A stretch of DNA of 64,000 nt from Podarcis tiliguerta (taxonomy: Eukaryota): NCBI GenBank assembly GCA_965153285.1, contig OZ229115.1; one strand, 5' to 3'. Position 1 is the first letter of the stretch, and every line of letters begins with the position of its first letter. The position numbers and the translations under genes were made by a program. The notes beneath the pieces were generated by a model. The model did not search any database. It had not been told where the DNA came from and worked only from the letters and a program-made list of their open reading frames with translations. Positions 52,171 to 64,000 of the stretch are shown piece after piece.

Positions 52171-53413
52171 GTCCATGAAACCTTTACACAACAGTTTGTC
52201 TTTAAGGTGCTCAAGAAACTTGTTTTTAACTAGAACAACCTAACCAGGACTACACCTATTTGGAAACCTAAAATCTGCCTGGGCTTTTTCATATTTGCAA
52301 ATCTAAAAAGCCACATGAGTATAGACAAGCTTTTCAGCTGATCTCATGGAATATTGTGAACATTTCCCAGCATTTTCCTAGGGCAAGGTACACCAACTTG
52401 TCAACAAGTGAGTCAGCATTAGCGCAGGAAAATGAAACTGGATTTGTGCCTGTCAGAAATACAGAGGTGCTCTGTTATAGTTTTTCAAAGTCTTTAGTCC
52501 CAATCATATAACCAGCAAATGTTTTATAGAAATCCCAATTGCTGATGAATTAATGACAAAGCAAGAACCCCACACAAAACAGAAACAGCCTCTATCACAG
52601 CACCTGTTGCAATCTACAAAACTGAATTAGGCTGCCCTCTTGCATATATTTTTTCCAGCATCAAGCTAGGATTACAGGTACTCAAGAAGCATTGCCTCCT
52701 GCAAGTAAATACATTGCAGCAAACCTGTTTTCACTGTCAAGATGTTCCAGCTAATCTTGGCTCCTTGGCAAATAAACCTGTACAATATAGGAGTTTCCAA
52801 ACACTCGGAGCAAAAAAGAGGGTAGTTATTTTCATTCAAAGCATGTTCGAAAAGTTGCTGAAGAGACTCTTCTTCCACCCCTCCCAAATTTTGGCTGAGA
52901 ATTTGGGTAGTGGCCCTGAACTTTGAGATAAGACTAAAATGGAGGACCAGCTCCAGGGTCACACTCCCTTTTGGACAATGACAGGGGTCATTTACCAAGG
53001 GGTGGGTGTAGCCAAAGTGGGTGTGGCCAAACAAATACCACTCCATCCAGGCAAGCAAAAGGTTCAAGGACACATTCCTTGAACCTTTTGCAACACAAGA
53101 TGGCAGTGCAGAGCAGAACCAGTGAGAAATGTGGCCTTGGCAGAGTCCTGAGCACTGGACAGAATGATGTGGAGGCTCACTTCTGATCCCTGGGCCTGAG
53201 GTCTGCTCACCTCCCACTTCCTCACCCCACTGTCAATAGAAGAAGCAGGATGTTTGTTGTTGAGAAGCAAGAAACAAGGCATTTTGCCTCTCGTTCTTCT
53301 CAAGTCACGTAGAATGCAGAAAGTGAACTGCAGCTTTCTTAGCATTTTCTTAACTTCTAGAAGGCAGCTTATCCCACACTTTGGGAAGAAACACAGAAAA
53401 AGTAGCACTCGTA

Positions 53414-53656
53414 CAGTGGTACTTTAGGCTACAAACACTTTGGGTTACAAACACTTTGGGTTACAGACTCTGCTAACCTGGAAGTAGTACCTCAGGTTAA
53501 GAACTTTGCCCCAGGATGAGAACAGAAATTGTGCACTGGCGGCACGGCGGCAGGGGAAGGCCCCATTAGCTAAAGTGGTACCTCAGGTTAAGAATGGTTT
53601 CAGGTTAAGAAAAAGACTTCCGGAATGAATTAAGTTCGTAACCAGAGGTACCACTG
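53414..53656. mobile_element. Tc1/mariner (Tigger-like) MITE, same family as 30322-30561
   Basis: TA TSD; CAGTGGTAC...GTACCACTG. Confidence 0.9.
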
Positions 53657-54418
53657 TATTTGTTTTCTGTTTAATATATTACTGCAACTCACAGAGGGAT
53701 GAAAATGTATTGGAAGGTAAATATTCACAGCCTTACCATGACTTTTGATTTTTGGGAGAAAGAACCACCAAGACCAAAAAGAACCTGAAAAAAGAAGTAT
53801 GCCAGTTTACAGAAAAAGATGTCTTGTGTTGTGATACTCTTACCATTTTACAAATGATTACACTTTATTTGTATACCACTTTCCATATAAACATAACTTC
53901 AAAAAGTGCACCGTCCATAAAATTGAAATACTTATGTACTGTATCACTCATATCCCTCCCAAGAAGGAGCACTGTTATCACCACCACCCACTTAAGGAAA
54001 GCTAAAGATGCTTTCTGCTTGCTGCATCGTGGTGTGTTCATTTACTCTGCAACCGCCTGTCTTGAACCTGCTTCTGAAACAATATAAGTTAGTAAATATT
54101 TAGTAAATGTCCCAACAGATTTAACTGCTAGAGACAGAAGGGTTGTGTTTCTGGTGCTGAAACAATTCCAGAATATGTGGTAAGGTTATATGACAGTAAG
54201 GGCAGTGGTTTATCAGAAAGAGGTACAAGAAAATTTGGGATTTGCTTTGAAGGGAAGTCTAAAAACTACCCGCATAAAATCATGTCAAAACACGTTACAG
54301 CTGCTGCTTCTACTACCTTTACATACAGCATTTAACAGCACTGATTGAGAAGCCATTTCCCAAGCATAGCTACCCTGCTTTGCTTTCAATATCTCAGTTC
54401 TTTCTCTCCAGATATTTG

Positions 54419-54508
54419 CATAGCTGTCAACTTTCCCCTTTTTAAAAGGGAAATTCCCTTATTCCGAATAGGATTCCTCGCAAGAAAAGGGAAAAGTTGA
54501 CAGCTATG
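54419..54508. mobile_element. 90-bp hAT-type MITE, young
   Basis: TIR CATAGCTGTCAACTTT / AAAGTTGACAGCTATG; perfect 8-bp TSD GATATTTG (54411-54418, 54509-54516). Confidence 0.88.
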
Positions 54509-54605
54509 GATATTTGTAATCTGGAGAGAAAAGGCGGCTCAGTAGATGCCTTTCCCCCACAAGCCCTGCGGCTATCACAACATGCCTCTCGATTTCCCTT
54601 TCAGG

Positions 54606-54730
54606 CCAGGAAGGTGAACCGGGTGCTCTCCAGATCTTGTTGGGTTACAACTCCCATCAGCCTCAGCCAGGATAACCTGGTTGCAGCCGGATTTCAACAA
54701 CATTTGGAGGCACGCAGGTTCCCATACCTG
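54606..54730. mobile_element. Diverged palindromic hAT MITE (family of 4145-4279) abutting the RBBP5 CpG island
   Basis: CTCCAGATCTTGTTGGGTTACAACTCCCATCAG...CAACAACATTTGGAG..GGTTCCCATACCTG. Confidence 0.6.
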
Positions 54731-54739
54731 CCCTAGAAT

Positions 54740-55370
54740 AACATGCGTTACGCCAGCCCCGTTTCCTCCTCCGCTGCCGCCCGCCTCCCGGAACTCTTCG
54801 CGCACGCTGCTTCGTTTCGAGCCGGTGTTCTTTATTCGACGGACTGGGATTCGTAGCTGCCCTGGCGACTGCCTGCTCCTGACGCCGCTCAAACCGTTTG
54901 CCCCGAGACGCTGCTCGCCGCCGTCCCGAAGCGATGAAGTTGAGCGTCGAGGCCCGGAGTTCGGCGTGACTCGGAAGCCGGACCGGAGCCCTGCGCAACG
55001 AGTGGGCTGCGGTTGCGTCAGGCTGAGCCTTAAGCCGGGCCCCTTGGCTGGGTGTGCGCGAGGACCCCTGGGTCCTTGGTTCCGGAGCGGGATCGGACGG
55101 AGCGAGAAAGTGGCCAAGATGAATCTGGAACTGCTGGGTGCGTGGCTTTTTAAATGGTCGTGTCGAGCCCTCCTCGGCCCTTCCCTTTGGTGGGGCGGGA
55201 GGGGGCCGGGGCGGGCGGCTGGGCTGCGCGAGGGGGCCGGGGCGCCTGGGACTTGACAACGAAGTGCCGGGGCACCCGACCCGGACCAGGGGCCGGAGAA
55301 GCGCTTGGGCTGGGGCGGCTCCTGGGAGAAGGTCCCCCTCCTCACGCCCCTTGCACAAAACGCGGCTTCA
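54740..55370 (+). promoter_or_regulatory. RBBP5 CpG-island promoter
   Basis: Dense CpG around coding exon 1; ETS-like CGGAAG, CRE-like TGACG / TTGCGTCA (55013-55020), GC boxes. Confidence 0.8.
55119..55137 (+). CDS. RBBP5: RBBP5 coding exon 1
   Basis: ATG AAT CTG GAA CTG CTG G|GTGCGT = MNLELL. Confidence 0.93.
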
Positions 55371-58300
55371 TAATTCTTGGCAGAGTAAAACCGACTGACA
55401 CCTCTTTTAAGTTCATGATCAGCTAACAAGTCAGGGGATGCAGCCCTGGGGGCTGGTTTAATGGCATGTAAATTCGTGGTCGCCCACCTTCGCTGCTCAC
55501 CTCTTCCTCTCCTCCTCCTCCACTGGCAGAAACTGCTACCCTGAAGTCATGGCGGTGCTTGATTTCCCATGGCAGGTTTCTTTCCTCCTGCCTGCCCTGT
55601 TGCTAGGCCCTGTTGCTAACAAGCTGACAGTCCCGTTGCCATGGCAGCCATGCCAGTTTTGACCACTCGGTTTCTAGTGTCTTGGGACCAAAGAAGTTTC
55701 TTCAGGCTGCAGTATTTGTTCACACAGCCGTGAGTCAGCCCCACTGAACATAGTGGCTGTTACTTCTAAGCAAGCATGTGTAGCACCACACTATTTCTGT
55801 GTTTGTGCTGGCCAGCGTTTGGTTATGCGTCTAGGGTACACCCTAGGGATCACACATTTTTAACGTGCGAGATAAGCGTTGCCCGTTCAGTGTGCTGAAA
55901 CATTGTGATACCCCACATTGTCCCTGGAAGATCTGGTTCACTTTAACCCGTTTGCCATCCTGCTCAAAGGTTTCTCAGAATTTGATCAGAGCTTTTCCTA
56001 GGCATATTTACAGCCCAGTCCTAACCAGTCTCACTAATTTCTAAACCTGTTTTCAGTTGGTGTATTCTCGGTAGGGAAGGGGAATAATTTAGGTTCTTTA
56101 GCTTTTGATTTAAGACCTAGGAAGGATCAAACTGACACCTGGTGTACTGCCTGTTCCAAAGGAAAGAGGATCCACATGCAAGTGCCCACATACACATACA
56201 AAGGATGAATTTGCAAAATTATTGTATCTTAAGCAGAAACTATTGACATTTTGGAAAGGTATTTGCAGGCCAACTGCCTCTTGATATTTATGCAAGTGGT
56301 CCGTGACACATGCTACATGGGAAGACAAAACCAGAAAAAGCAGTCTACTCGACAAAGTGGGGAATCATTGCATTAAGTGCTAGTTCAGGTCTGGGAAGCC
56401 TTTTGGGCTCATCACCTCTGCCTCTTGGCCATACTTACTGGGGTTTATGGGACTTGTAGTTCAGCAGTGTGTGGTGGGACCAAAGTTCCCCACACCTGTC
56501 CTAGCCCCTGAATAGGAGAAAAACTGAGAGTCAAAGTGGATGTGACATTAAATGCATTAAATGCACTTTTGTATTTAAGAAAGTTTTGAAAATGCAAATA
56601 GCATCAGCTGATGGGGCACGAGGGATTTTAACCCTTTCCCCACCTTTTATTGTCCTGAGAATAATCCTGCCTCTAAAACCAGTATCTACTTTGGGAAGAA
56701 ATCCCCCATTAGCATCCCACGAATGGTAAGCCCACCCTCAGTTGATGTTATTTGCTTTTTAAGAATTCTGCACATTCAGTGCAAAGATGCATTTTAATGT
56801 ATATAGTTTGACCCTTATTTTATTAAATTTATTATCTTTCATCCATTTTTAACACATTTAGATGGCTCACAATTGATGCAATAAAATAACAGTAATTATA
56901 AAGCACCATAAAATATAGGTTAACACAAGTAGCCTAAACAATGTGAGCACCCCAGATTCAAAGCCCCTATAAGCATGGCTTTACATATTTTTCTTCTACC
57001 TTCCTCACTTCCCATATAAGTAGGATTAGAAGCAGAGCCCTTTCTTTCTGAAGGTTATTACATCAAGGTAATACTGAGGTTATTCTTACAGAGAGTTGTG
57101 ATAATTTTGTAATGCTTGGCATCTGCATGTTTACATCAAATGTCATGCACTTACATTCTGCTCTATAGTCTTATTTTATTGTTGCCTAGATAGCTGATTT
57201 GCACCCACCTTGCCAAGTTAAGAATATTTTAGTTATCTGTGCTTTGTTGCTAGAACTACCTCCAGATTTTGAACTATGGGCCCACTTAGCACTCACCACT
57301 GATTTATAACCGTGGTGGGGAACCTGTGGCCCTCCTGATGTTACTGGGCTATATAACTGTTCTCATTCTAGATCATTTGGTGTGCTGGCTGGAGCTGATG
57401 AGAGTTAAGGGCCGATGCCTGACATTTGGGATCAAATTTCTCATTATAAACAGCATACTTTCATTTTTTTAAAAAATTGAAGTATTGTATAACACAAAGA
57501 ATGTGGTACTGTATAACTTATTTCATGCTTTATACTTCTGTTTTATTTCAGAATCATTTGGACAGAACTATCCAGAGGTAAATGTCTCCTTCACTCAAAG
57601 CTGACACATTCTATTCTAATGTTGTTTGGCTTGTGACTTGGTTTTATTATGTTTGAAGACGGGAAGCAGATGTTTGCTGAACTGCAATGTAGATACTTGG
57701 TGTATGTTAAAGTGCACCAGGAAAACATGTCTATCCCTTCAACTTCTGATTTTTAATCTTGTGCATACTTTCCCTTCAGTGTCTAGGTGATCTCTCAAAT
57801 AGCAGTGGCCTTACTTTGCCTGAGACATTTCAAAGGTGTGAAGCATACTGGCTATATAGCTTTGAAGTGAAATTGGTTGACATTGATTTTTATACCTTTC
57901 ATTGTTTTCAGGAAGCTGATGGCACACTGGACTGCATTAGTATGGCCCTTACTTGTACTTTTAACAGGTGGGGTACACTTCTAGCAGTAGGTTGTAATGA
58001 TGGTCGGATTGTCATTTGGGACTTCTTGACAAGAGGCATAGCAAAAATCATAAGTGCTCATATCCACCCGGTCTGTTCTTTATGGTAAGAAAATTATCTC
58101 GATATGAGTTAAATATGATTTATTGATTGCATACTCTCAGCTTAAGTAAAAAAACACAGTGTGCATGTCATGTGTTCAGAATATCATTTTCACAAGTTGA
58201 AACTTACACAGCTTGAACTCTGCATGAAGTTTACACTAAAAAGGAAAGTTGGTTTTTAAAGTCATCTCTTTCTAGTGAAAGCTGCTGCAGGGAAAAAAAT

Positions 58301-61300
58301 CCAGCTACACAGATGATTCATGCCCCCCTCCCCACATGCATTCAGTATCTTTGGATCACAGCTATAGACTTGAGAATCCAATTGCCTCTTAGATTCTTGC
58401 AAGGGGCTTATGCTCGCCCAGTGGATCTTTTGATCTTTTCTTTGAATTGATGAGCTCCATTCTGTATCACAGACTACTTTTGAAACACACTTCAGTTTCA
58501 AAATCAGTTTAACTTACAACATGGGATGCTCCTATCAAAGAAAAACAAGTCTAAATCCCTTTGAGCTCATGAAATTATCCTTTCCTTTGATCCTGGCTGC
58601 TTTGCATCCACCTGCTGGGAAACTGCAGAATATAAGCCTTAAATAAATAAATAACTTCCATTTTCCAGCACGGATAACTTTTTGAATTTGAACTTCATCA
58701 TTCTAGAAATATTTCGCTTGTTACTTTTTATTGGTTACTTCAGGACCTCATTGTTGGATTTTTTTAATAACACACAGTAGAAAAAAACCCCTCAGTGTTT
58801 TGCTGTATCTAGTGTTTGTGGGTTTTGTAGGCTTTTTAGTGCAAAAGCCATAAAGTATTTTTTATTACAAATGCTTTGTTTCAAGATATTTTACAATCAC
58901 CATTCGGCTCTGCTATAAATGCATTGGTATCTGAGTAAATTTAGCTTGAGTTGCAGTATAGAGCACTATTCACTTCAGTGTGGTTAAAATAATAGTCCCA
59001 AAAACAGATAATCTAACTGATCAGTTCTGTATACTGGCACCCCAGTTTAAATACATTTACTTGGGTGTTCCGTTGATAGAACACTCTTTTGATTTGAAAG
59101 CATATTATGAGCCAGTAGCTCTGACCATTTTAAATAATATTTGTGGGGATAGCAACAAAACAAAGGTTGCAATCTTTAACTTTCTCTTCCAGTTGGAGTC
59201 GAGATGGCCACAAATTGGTGAGTGCGTCAACTGATAATATGGTATCTCAGTGGGATGTTCTGACTGGTGATTGTGACCAGAGGTTTCGTTTCCCTTCTCC
59301 GATCCTGAAAGTCCAGTACCATCCCCGCGATCAGTAAGTAATACTAACAAAGACCTTTCCCTAGAGCAGTCTTTGAAAACCGAATGGTTTCTTGCCTACC
59401 GTATTCTAGTCAAGATTATATGTCATCATTTGCCTTATTCAACACAGTTCTTTACTGTGGGCCATATTCAACAAAATATGGGAGCCCATACAACAAGTCC
59501 TACTAGCACAACAGGGGTCCTACCTCCTACAACACAGCCCTCAAATCAGTTTAGAGGGGAGCAGTTGGGAGAACCCCCATAACAGCGTGCAGGGGGAGGA
59601 GACGAGGGGTCCTTAGGTCTGGCAATCAGAAATGCTTGTGCTGATCATCATCCCAGCGTGGTGCTGAATTCCTCCACTACGAGAGATTATCTGAAGCTTT
59701 GTTCTTGGAAGTCATCAATATGCTGGTGATAGTTCAATAGCAGTCTTCAGAAGTGGCCCCTCCATGCATATAGCCAATACATGAAGAGGGGTACTGGGAT
59801 CCTGCCGTGCAGTCTGAGACAATTGACTGCTCACTTCCCACTCCCACCTCCTGACATCTGGCATTGAGGGGATCTTTGCACAGATAGTTGTACATGCAGA
59901 GACTCTTAATCCTAGTGGGTGGCCATCTTTATAGCCCAATTCAATATGCTGCTACTTGTTTTAAAGCATGACTACCATGTGATTGAAGAATAGTAGCCAA
60001 GTAATAGATTAAATCTGCATTAATTTGCATTTGTGGAAGACCACCATAATTCTAAAGAAAAAGATGCAGACACCTCATGCAAGAAAGGGCTCTGCCAAGC
60101 TTCTGCTTTCTATCTGCAGTGTCTTGTCTGCATCCCTAAGCCTTTTGCCCAGAGGGCTTTCCCTGCCTTGATCCCATCCCCCTCATCTCTGTGTTCTCTC
60201 TCTTTTCTTGTCCTCGCTGATCTCTAGCTCTGCAGCCTCTGCTTTCAGGCATACACAAAGTTCCTGCATCCTTAGAAACCTCCTTTTAGCCCACCCCTTT
60301 TCCCCCTGTTACAAAAGAGACACCAGGTAAGAAAATAGAAAATTTGAGAATTTCTTTTTTTGTTTCTTGTTGGTTTCTATTTGTTTAGAAACAGGGTGTT
60401 GGTATGTCCAATGAAGTCTGCACCTGTCATGCTAACATTGTCTGATTCAAAACATGTTGTCCTACCAGTGGATGATGATTCTGATCTGAATGTGGTGGCT
60501 TCTTTTGACCGGCGAGGGGAATATATCTACACGGGGAATGCTAAAGGGAAGGTGAGAACTCACTAAACTAATATTTGGTGGGTAGCGGGTTCAGTTATCT
60601 AATTTGTATGACTTGCCTTAGAAGTGTTGTAAATAGAAGAAACGGGCTTCCCTTTATTGCTGTCTTGGTTCTCTCTCTCAGCTCAAAATATTCCAGGAAT
60701 ATCATGATTCTAAGCAAAATTTATTTCAGCTTTGATGAAGCAGCTGGGTACACATTATCTAAAATAGACTATGCAGAAAAAAAATTTATCTTATTCAGAA
60801 ATGAAAGGTTGTTAACATGTGAGGGTCACAGACAACTGCACCATAGTGCCTTGATTATAGTTTGTGTATGCCACATTCAACCCATGGATGGATGTGAGAG
60901 AATTACACACACACACACCTTGGCACCCTTTTGTACACCACCATTGCTTGATCTACATTATTGACATTCTTCCCTACCAGTTCTTGCTGTGTATGCAGTT
61001 GCTGGCTTCTTTACATTTCTAATGAACACTTATATTTTTTTAATGAAGAATTCAGCTTAGGCGCTCTGACATATCTGCTGTGAACTGAATCAGATACTAA
61101 CTGTGTAACTTCATAACATTTCCTATTTAAATAAACAGCCCAAATTCTTTGAAATTCCCCACCCCGCACCCGTCTGTGTCCAAGAAACCTTCAGAATTTA
61201 ATGTAGTGAACAATGTCATCATGGGACTTTTTCTTTTGGACAGATCCCATTTTAGAGAATGAATTGCATGCAGTTGCTGCACAGAGATTGTCTACTCTAA

Positions 61301-64000
61301 TTCCATACCTGCTCCATTGGATTTCACTGTCTTAAATTGATGGTGTTGCTGGTGTTGAACTTGCCACTAACCTCTCCTTTTTATTGATGAGAGAGGAAGA
61401 CATGGTTCCTTGCTTAGTTGTCTCATAAATCACTGACAGGACTGACTTTTAATAGCACACTTTGATGTCTGCGCAGACTTTTATTGCCTTTCCTTATGAA
61501 CTCTAAACAAGAAGTGTATGTGGTGAAAAGGTCACAGTAAAAGTTACCTGATTTATTTTTACTTACGTTGTTAGATCTTGGTCTTAAAGACAGACACTCA
61601 GGACCTTGTTGCTTCCTTCAGAGTAACTACAGGAACCAGCAATACTACAGCTATTAAATCTATAGAGTTTGCTCGAAAAGGAAGGTGAGTTGAAGACTTT
61701 GACTCTTTCATACATGGAGAGCTGCTGTTCAAATAACATTGTCCTTGGGAAGGCCTAAAGGAGCTATTTGGTTGTACCTTTGGTCTTAGTTTGTACTTGA
61801 TTAACTTGCCAGTGCTTGTGCTTGTAGGGGTAAGAGTTTCATTACTTTTTAGTCTTACTGGTGATTTAGTTTTAATTAGTTTACTGTACAGTGATATTGC
61901 TATATTGGATGCTTTTAATTAACTCTTACTGTATATCACCTAGAGGCTTGGGTGGAAGTGTAACAAATAAATTCAATGAAATATTAATAATAATACTAGG
62001 ATCCTGGTCTATGGGTTTATCCTATTTCTTATATAACCTGCTGGAGCACAGTGGCTCAGCAGTATATTTGGAATGAATGGTATTACAGCATTTTGTATCT
62101 CTTTCCCCTCCCTTAGTTGCTTTCTAATAAATACTGCTGATCGCATAATCAGAGTTTATGACGGTCGGGAAATCTTGACTTGTGGTAGAGATGGAGAACC
62201 AGAGCCAATGCAAAAGCTGCAGGACTTGGTGAACAGGTAGGAATTATCTGTCTTGAGTCAGGGGCATGTGCGTTTCAGTATTCAAAGGCCCTACTGCTAG
62301 TTTGTCCTCTGGTATAACTTCATTTCCCGAAGCTTGAAAAACAAGCATTCTACCCCCTAAAGACCCTGAGTGTTGTTGTTCCAAAGGAACTAGGTCCAGA
62401 TTGCCTGCTTCCTGGCTCTCAGAGCCCTTTCTTCTGCAGTAAAGCAGGATCCCCTTTCTATATTGTGCAACACTGTCCACAATTACTTTTTGAATGGGGG
62501 GGGGGGAGAGAGAGAGAGAGAGATGAGTCTTCTGTAATCCAAAAAATAGGCTGTATTTTTTTTTACTTAAATTCAAAATATAATCTCTAACATAGCATCA
62601 TGTAGTGTAAAGAGAAGCCTGAGATTCATAGACAGGGCAGTGTTTGGATTAATTGCTGCCTTTACTACATTTATAAAACATCTTTCTGCCAGTGCACCCA
62701 AGGCAGTTAAAAGTTTTAAATCTTCATTATTGCTATTATTTCTTCTAGTTGTTAAACACTTCATAAACAAGTTTTCTAGGCATTGTACAAGTTGATTTAA
62801 AACATAACAATTATATTGTAAAACCTGCAGTCAATCTTAAATTTCCAACCCAGGATGAAACCCAAATGCAAAAAGCCAGCACAATAAAATGCAACACAGA
62901 TCACAGGAGCTTAAAACAGCCATCGGTTAGCAGATCTAAAACCACTAAGATGCACTACAGTTAAAGCCTTCAAATGCCCTGCAGAACAGAAAACTCATAG
63001 TCTGGGAAGAGGAAACTAAGATAGTCATGGCCAGTCGTCTGTGGGTGGGGGCAACGGGGTGGGCATGTGGCATTTGGGGGTGTTTTGCTATCTCACCTTT
63101 CCCTCTGATGCAGCTAGGTTGTTTGGCTGCTAATGAAGATAGAACTGGTTTTTGCTAGGCTGGTGGGGACGGGGGCTCATCTCAATGCTCCCTTTGAAGC
63201 AGCCAGATGGAATGATGGGAGTTGTTGACAGTTCCTTGCTTAGCTGCCAGCCAGGTCCTTCTCACAGTTTTTAAGTCGCTCCTCTGCACCAGCTACTGTC
63301 TTATTATTATATTTTTCTATAAGTTCACATCAGTTCTGGTTGCTTACAAAAGCGACTGAACACAGCATCAAAGTCTGCAACAACGCAATAGCAAGGCAAG
63401 TGAAGCAACGGCAACCTGCATATAGTTTTTCAAGCTTTCTTATTTTGTTTTAGATTTGTTTGCGTGAGACTTAAGATCAAAGAAGTTATTTTGGGGGATG
63501 TATCCTGACTTGACCGATTTGTATAACTTGCATTGTGGAATTTACTATTTGCGGTTTCAGAGAAGCCCACTTCCAGCTATGCATCATCATCATTTAACAA
63601 TTGCAATTCTTTTGAACCCTTGCTTCTCCCTAGTGTACACTTGAACAAGGTTCTGTTAATTGCTATTTCTACAGGACGCCTTGGAAGAAATGCTGTTTCT
63701 CTGGCGATGGGGAGTACATTGTTGCAGGGTCAGCACGTCAGCATGCTTTGTACATCTGGGAGAAGAGCATTGGGAACTTAGTGAAAATCCTCCATGGCAC
63801 AAGGGGAGAGCTGTTGCTAGATGTGGCAGTAAGTACTGCATTGCCTCCTTCTAACAGGATTCACGGCTTTGGGCCAGACTGTATTTTAAAAAATGTACCA
63901 CTTTTCTTCCCTCTTTCTGGTATAATCTAGTGGCATCCTGTCCGACCCATCATCGCTTCTATTTCCAGTGGTGTAGTATCCATATGGGCTCAAAATCAAG
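55119..64000 (+). CDS. RBBP5: Retinoblastoma-binding protein 5 (WD40 subunit of COMPASS/MLL), coding exons 1-9, runs off the window
   Basis: join(55119-55137,57552-57577,57912-58084,59193-59333,60389-60551,61575-61684,62117-62236,63675-63828,63931->64000); near-identical to human MNLELLESFGQNYPEEADGTLDC...WAQNQ. Confidence 0.97.
56528..56813. mobile_element. Old inverted-repeat (MITE-like) element in RBBP5 intron 1
   Basis: GCAAATAGCATCAGCTGA / TCAGTTGATGTTATTTGC arms and GTCAAA / TTTGAC outer ends. Confidence 0.5.
57552..57577 (+). CDS. RBBP5: RBBP5 coding exon 2 (26-nt microexon)
   Basis: (E)SFGQNYPE; TTTCAG| and |GTAAAT. Confidence 0.95.
57912..58084 (+). CDS. RBBP5: RBBP5 coding exon 3
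   Basis: EADGTLDCISMALTC..HPVCSL. Confidence 0.97.
59193..59333 (+). CDS. RBBP5: RBBP5 coding exon 4
   Basis: WSRDGHKLVSAS..YHPRD. Confidence 0.97.
60389..60551 (+). CDS. RBBP5: RBBP5 coding exon 5
   Basis: NRVLVCPMKSAP..GNAKGK. Confidence 0.96.
61575..61684 (+). CDS. RBBP5: RBBP5 coding exon 6
   Basis: ILVLKTDTQDLVASFRVTTGTSNTTAIKSIEFARKG. Confidence 0.96.
62117..62236 (+). CDS. RBBP5: RBBP5 coding exon 7
   Basis: CFLINTADRIIRVYDG..LQDLVN. Confidence 0.96.
63675..63828 (+). CDS. RBBP5: RBBP5 coding exon 8
   Basis: TPWKKCCFSGDGEYIVAGS..LLLDVA. Confidence 0.96.
63931..64000 (+). CDS. RBBP5: RBBP5 coding exon 9 (truncated by window end)
   Basis: WHPVRPIIASISSGVVSIWAQNQ. Confidence 0.95.

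Noticed and set aside
52672-53217. 181-aa minus-strand ORF
   Set aside because: Overlaps a decayed repeat-like segment; no domain signature or splice context.
54575-55429. Long overlapping ORFs (284, 231, 191 aa) at the RBBP5 promoter
   Set aside because: Stop-poor CpG-island sequence with Pro/Arg/Gly/Ala-rich translations and no recognisable homology; only MNLELL is real coding sequence.
1-64000. CRISPR array, endogenous viral gene, numt or horizontally transferred operon
   Set aside because: No regularly spaced repeats, and no long unexplained ORF or segment resembling viral, mitochondrial or bacterial genes was seen.

Overview
Vertebrate nuclear DNA from a squamate, probably a lacertid lizard (Sauria SINEs, Squam3-like and tRNA-Lys/CR1-tail SINEs, CR1, L2, Penelope remnants, many hAT/Tc1-mariner/Harbinger-type MITEs). 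It contains two + strand genes. DSTYK is complete: 13 coding exons, 11925-45446, 2823 nt, 940 aa, all GT-AG introns with consistent phases. RBBP5 is partial: coding exons 1-9, from 55119 to the window end. A CpG island at the left edge is probably the promoter region of the divergent neighbour (TMCC2 in mammals; synteny inference only). I found no CRISPR, viral or prokaryote-type system. The most interesting signal is in the protein: the roughly 560-aa non-kinase part of DSTYK aligns collinearly, by eye, with bacterial dynamin-like protein/mitofusin, with degenerate G1/G3/G4 motifs, i.e. an apparent dynamin-like pseudo-GTPase fused to a kinase. A strong-site 39-nt candidate cassette exon sits exactly at its G3-equivalent junction. 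Reference sequences and repeat consensuses were recalled from memory, not searched; repeat boundaries are approximate unless a TSD is quoted.
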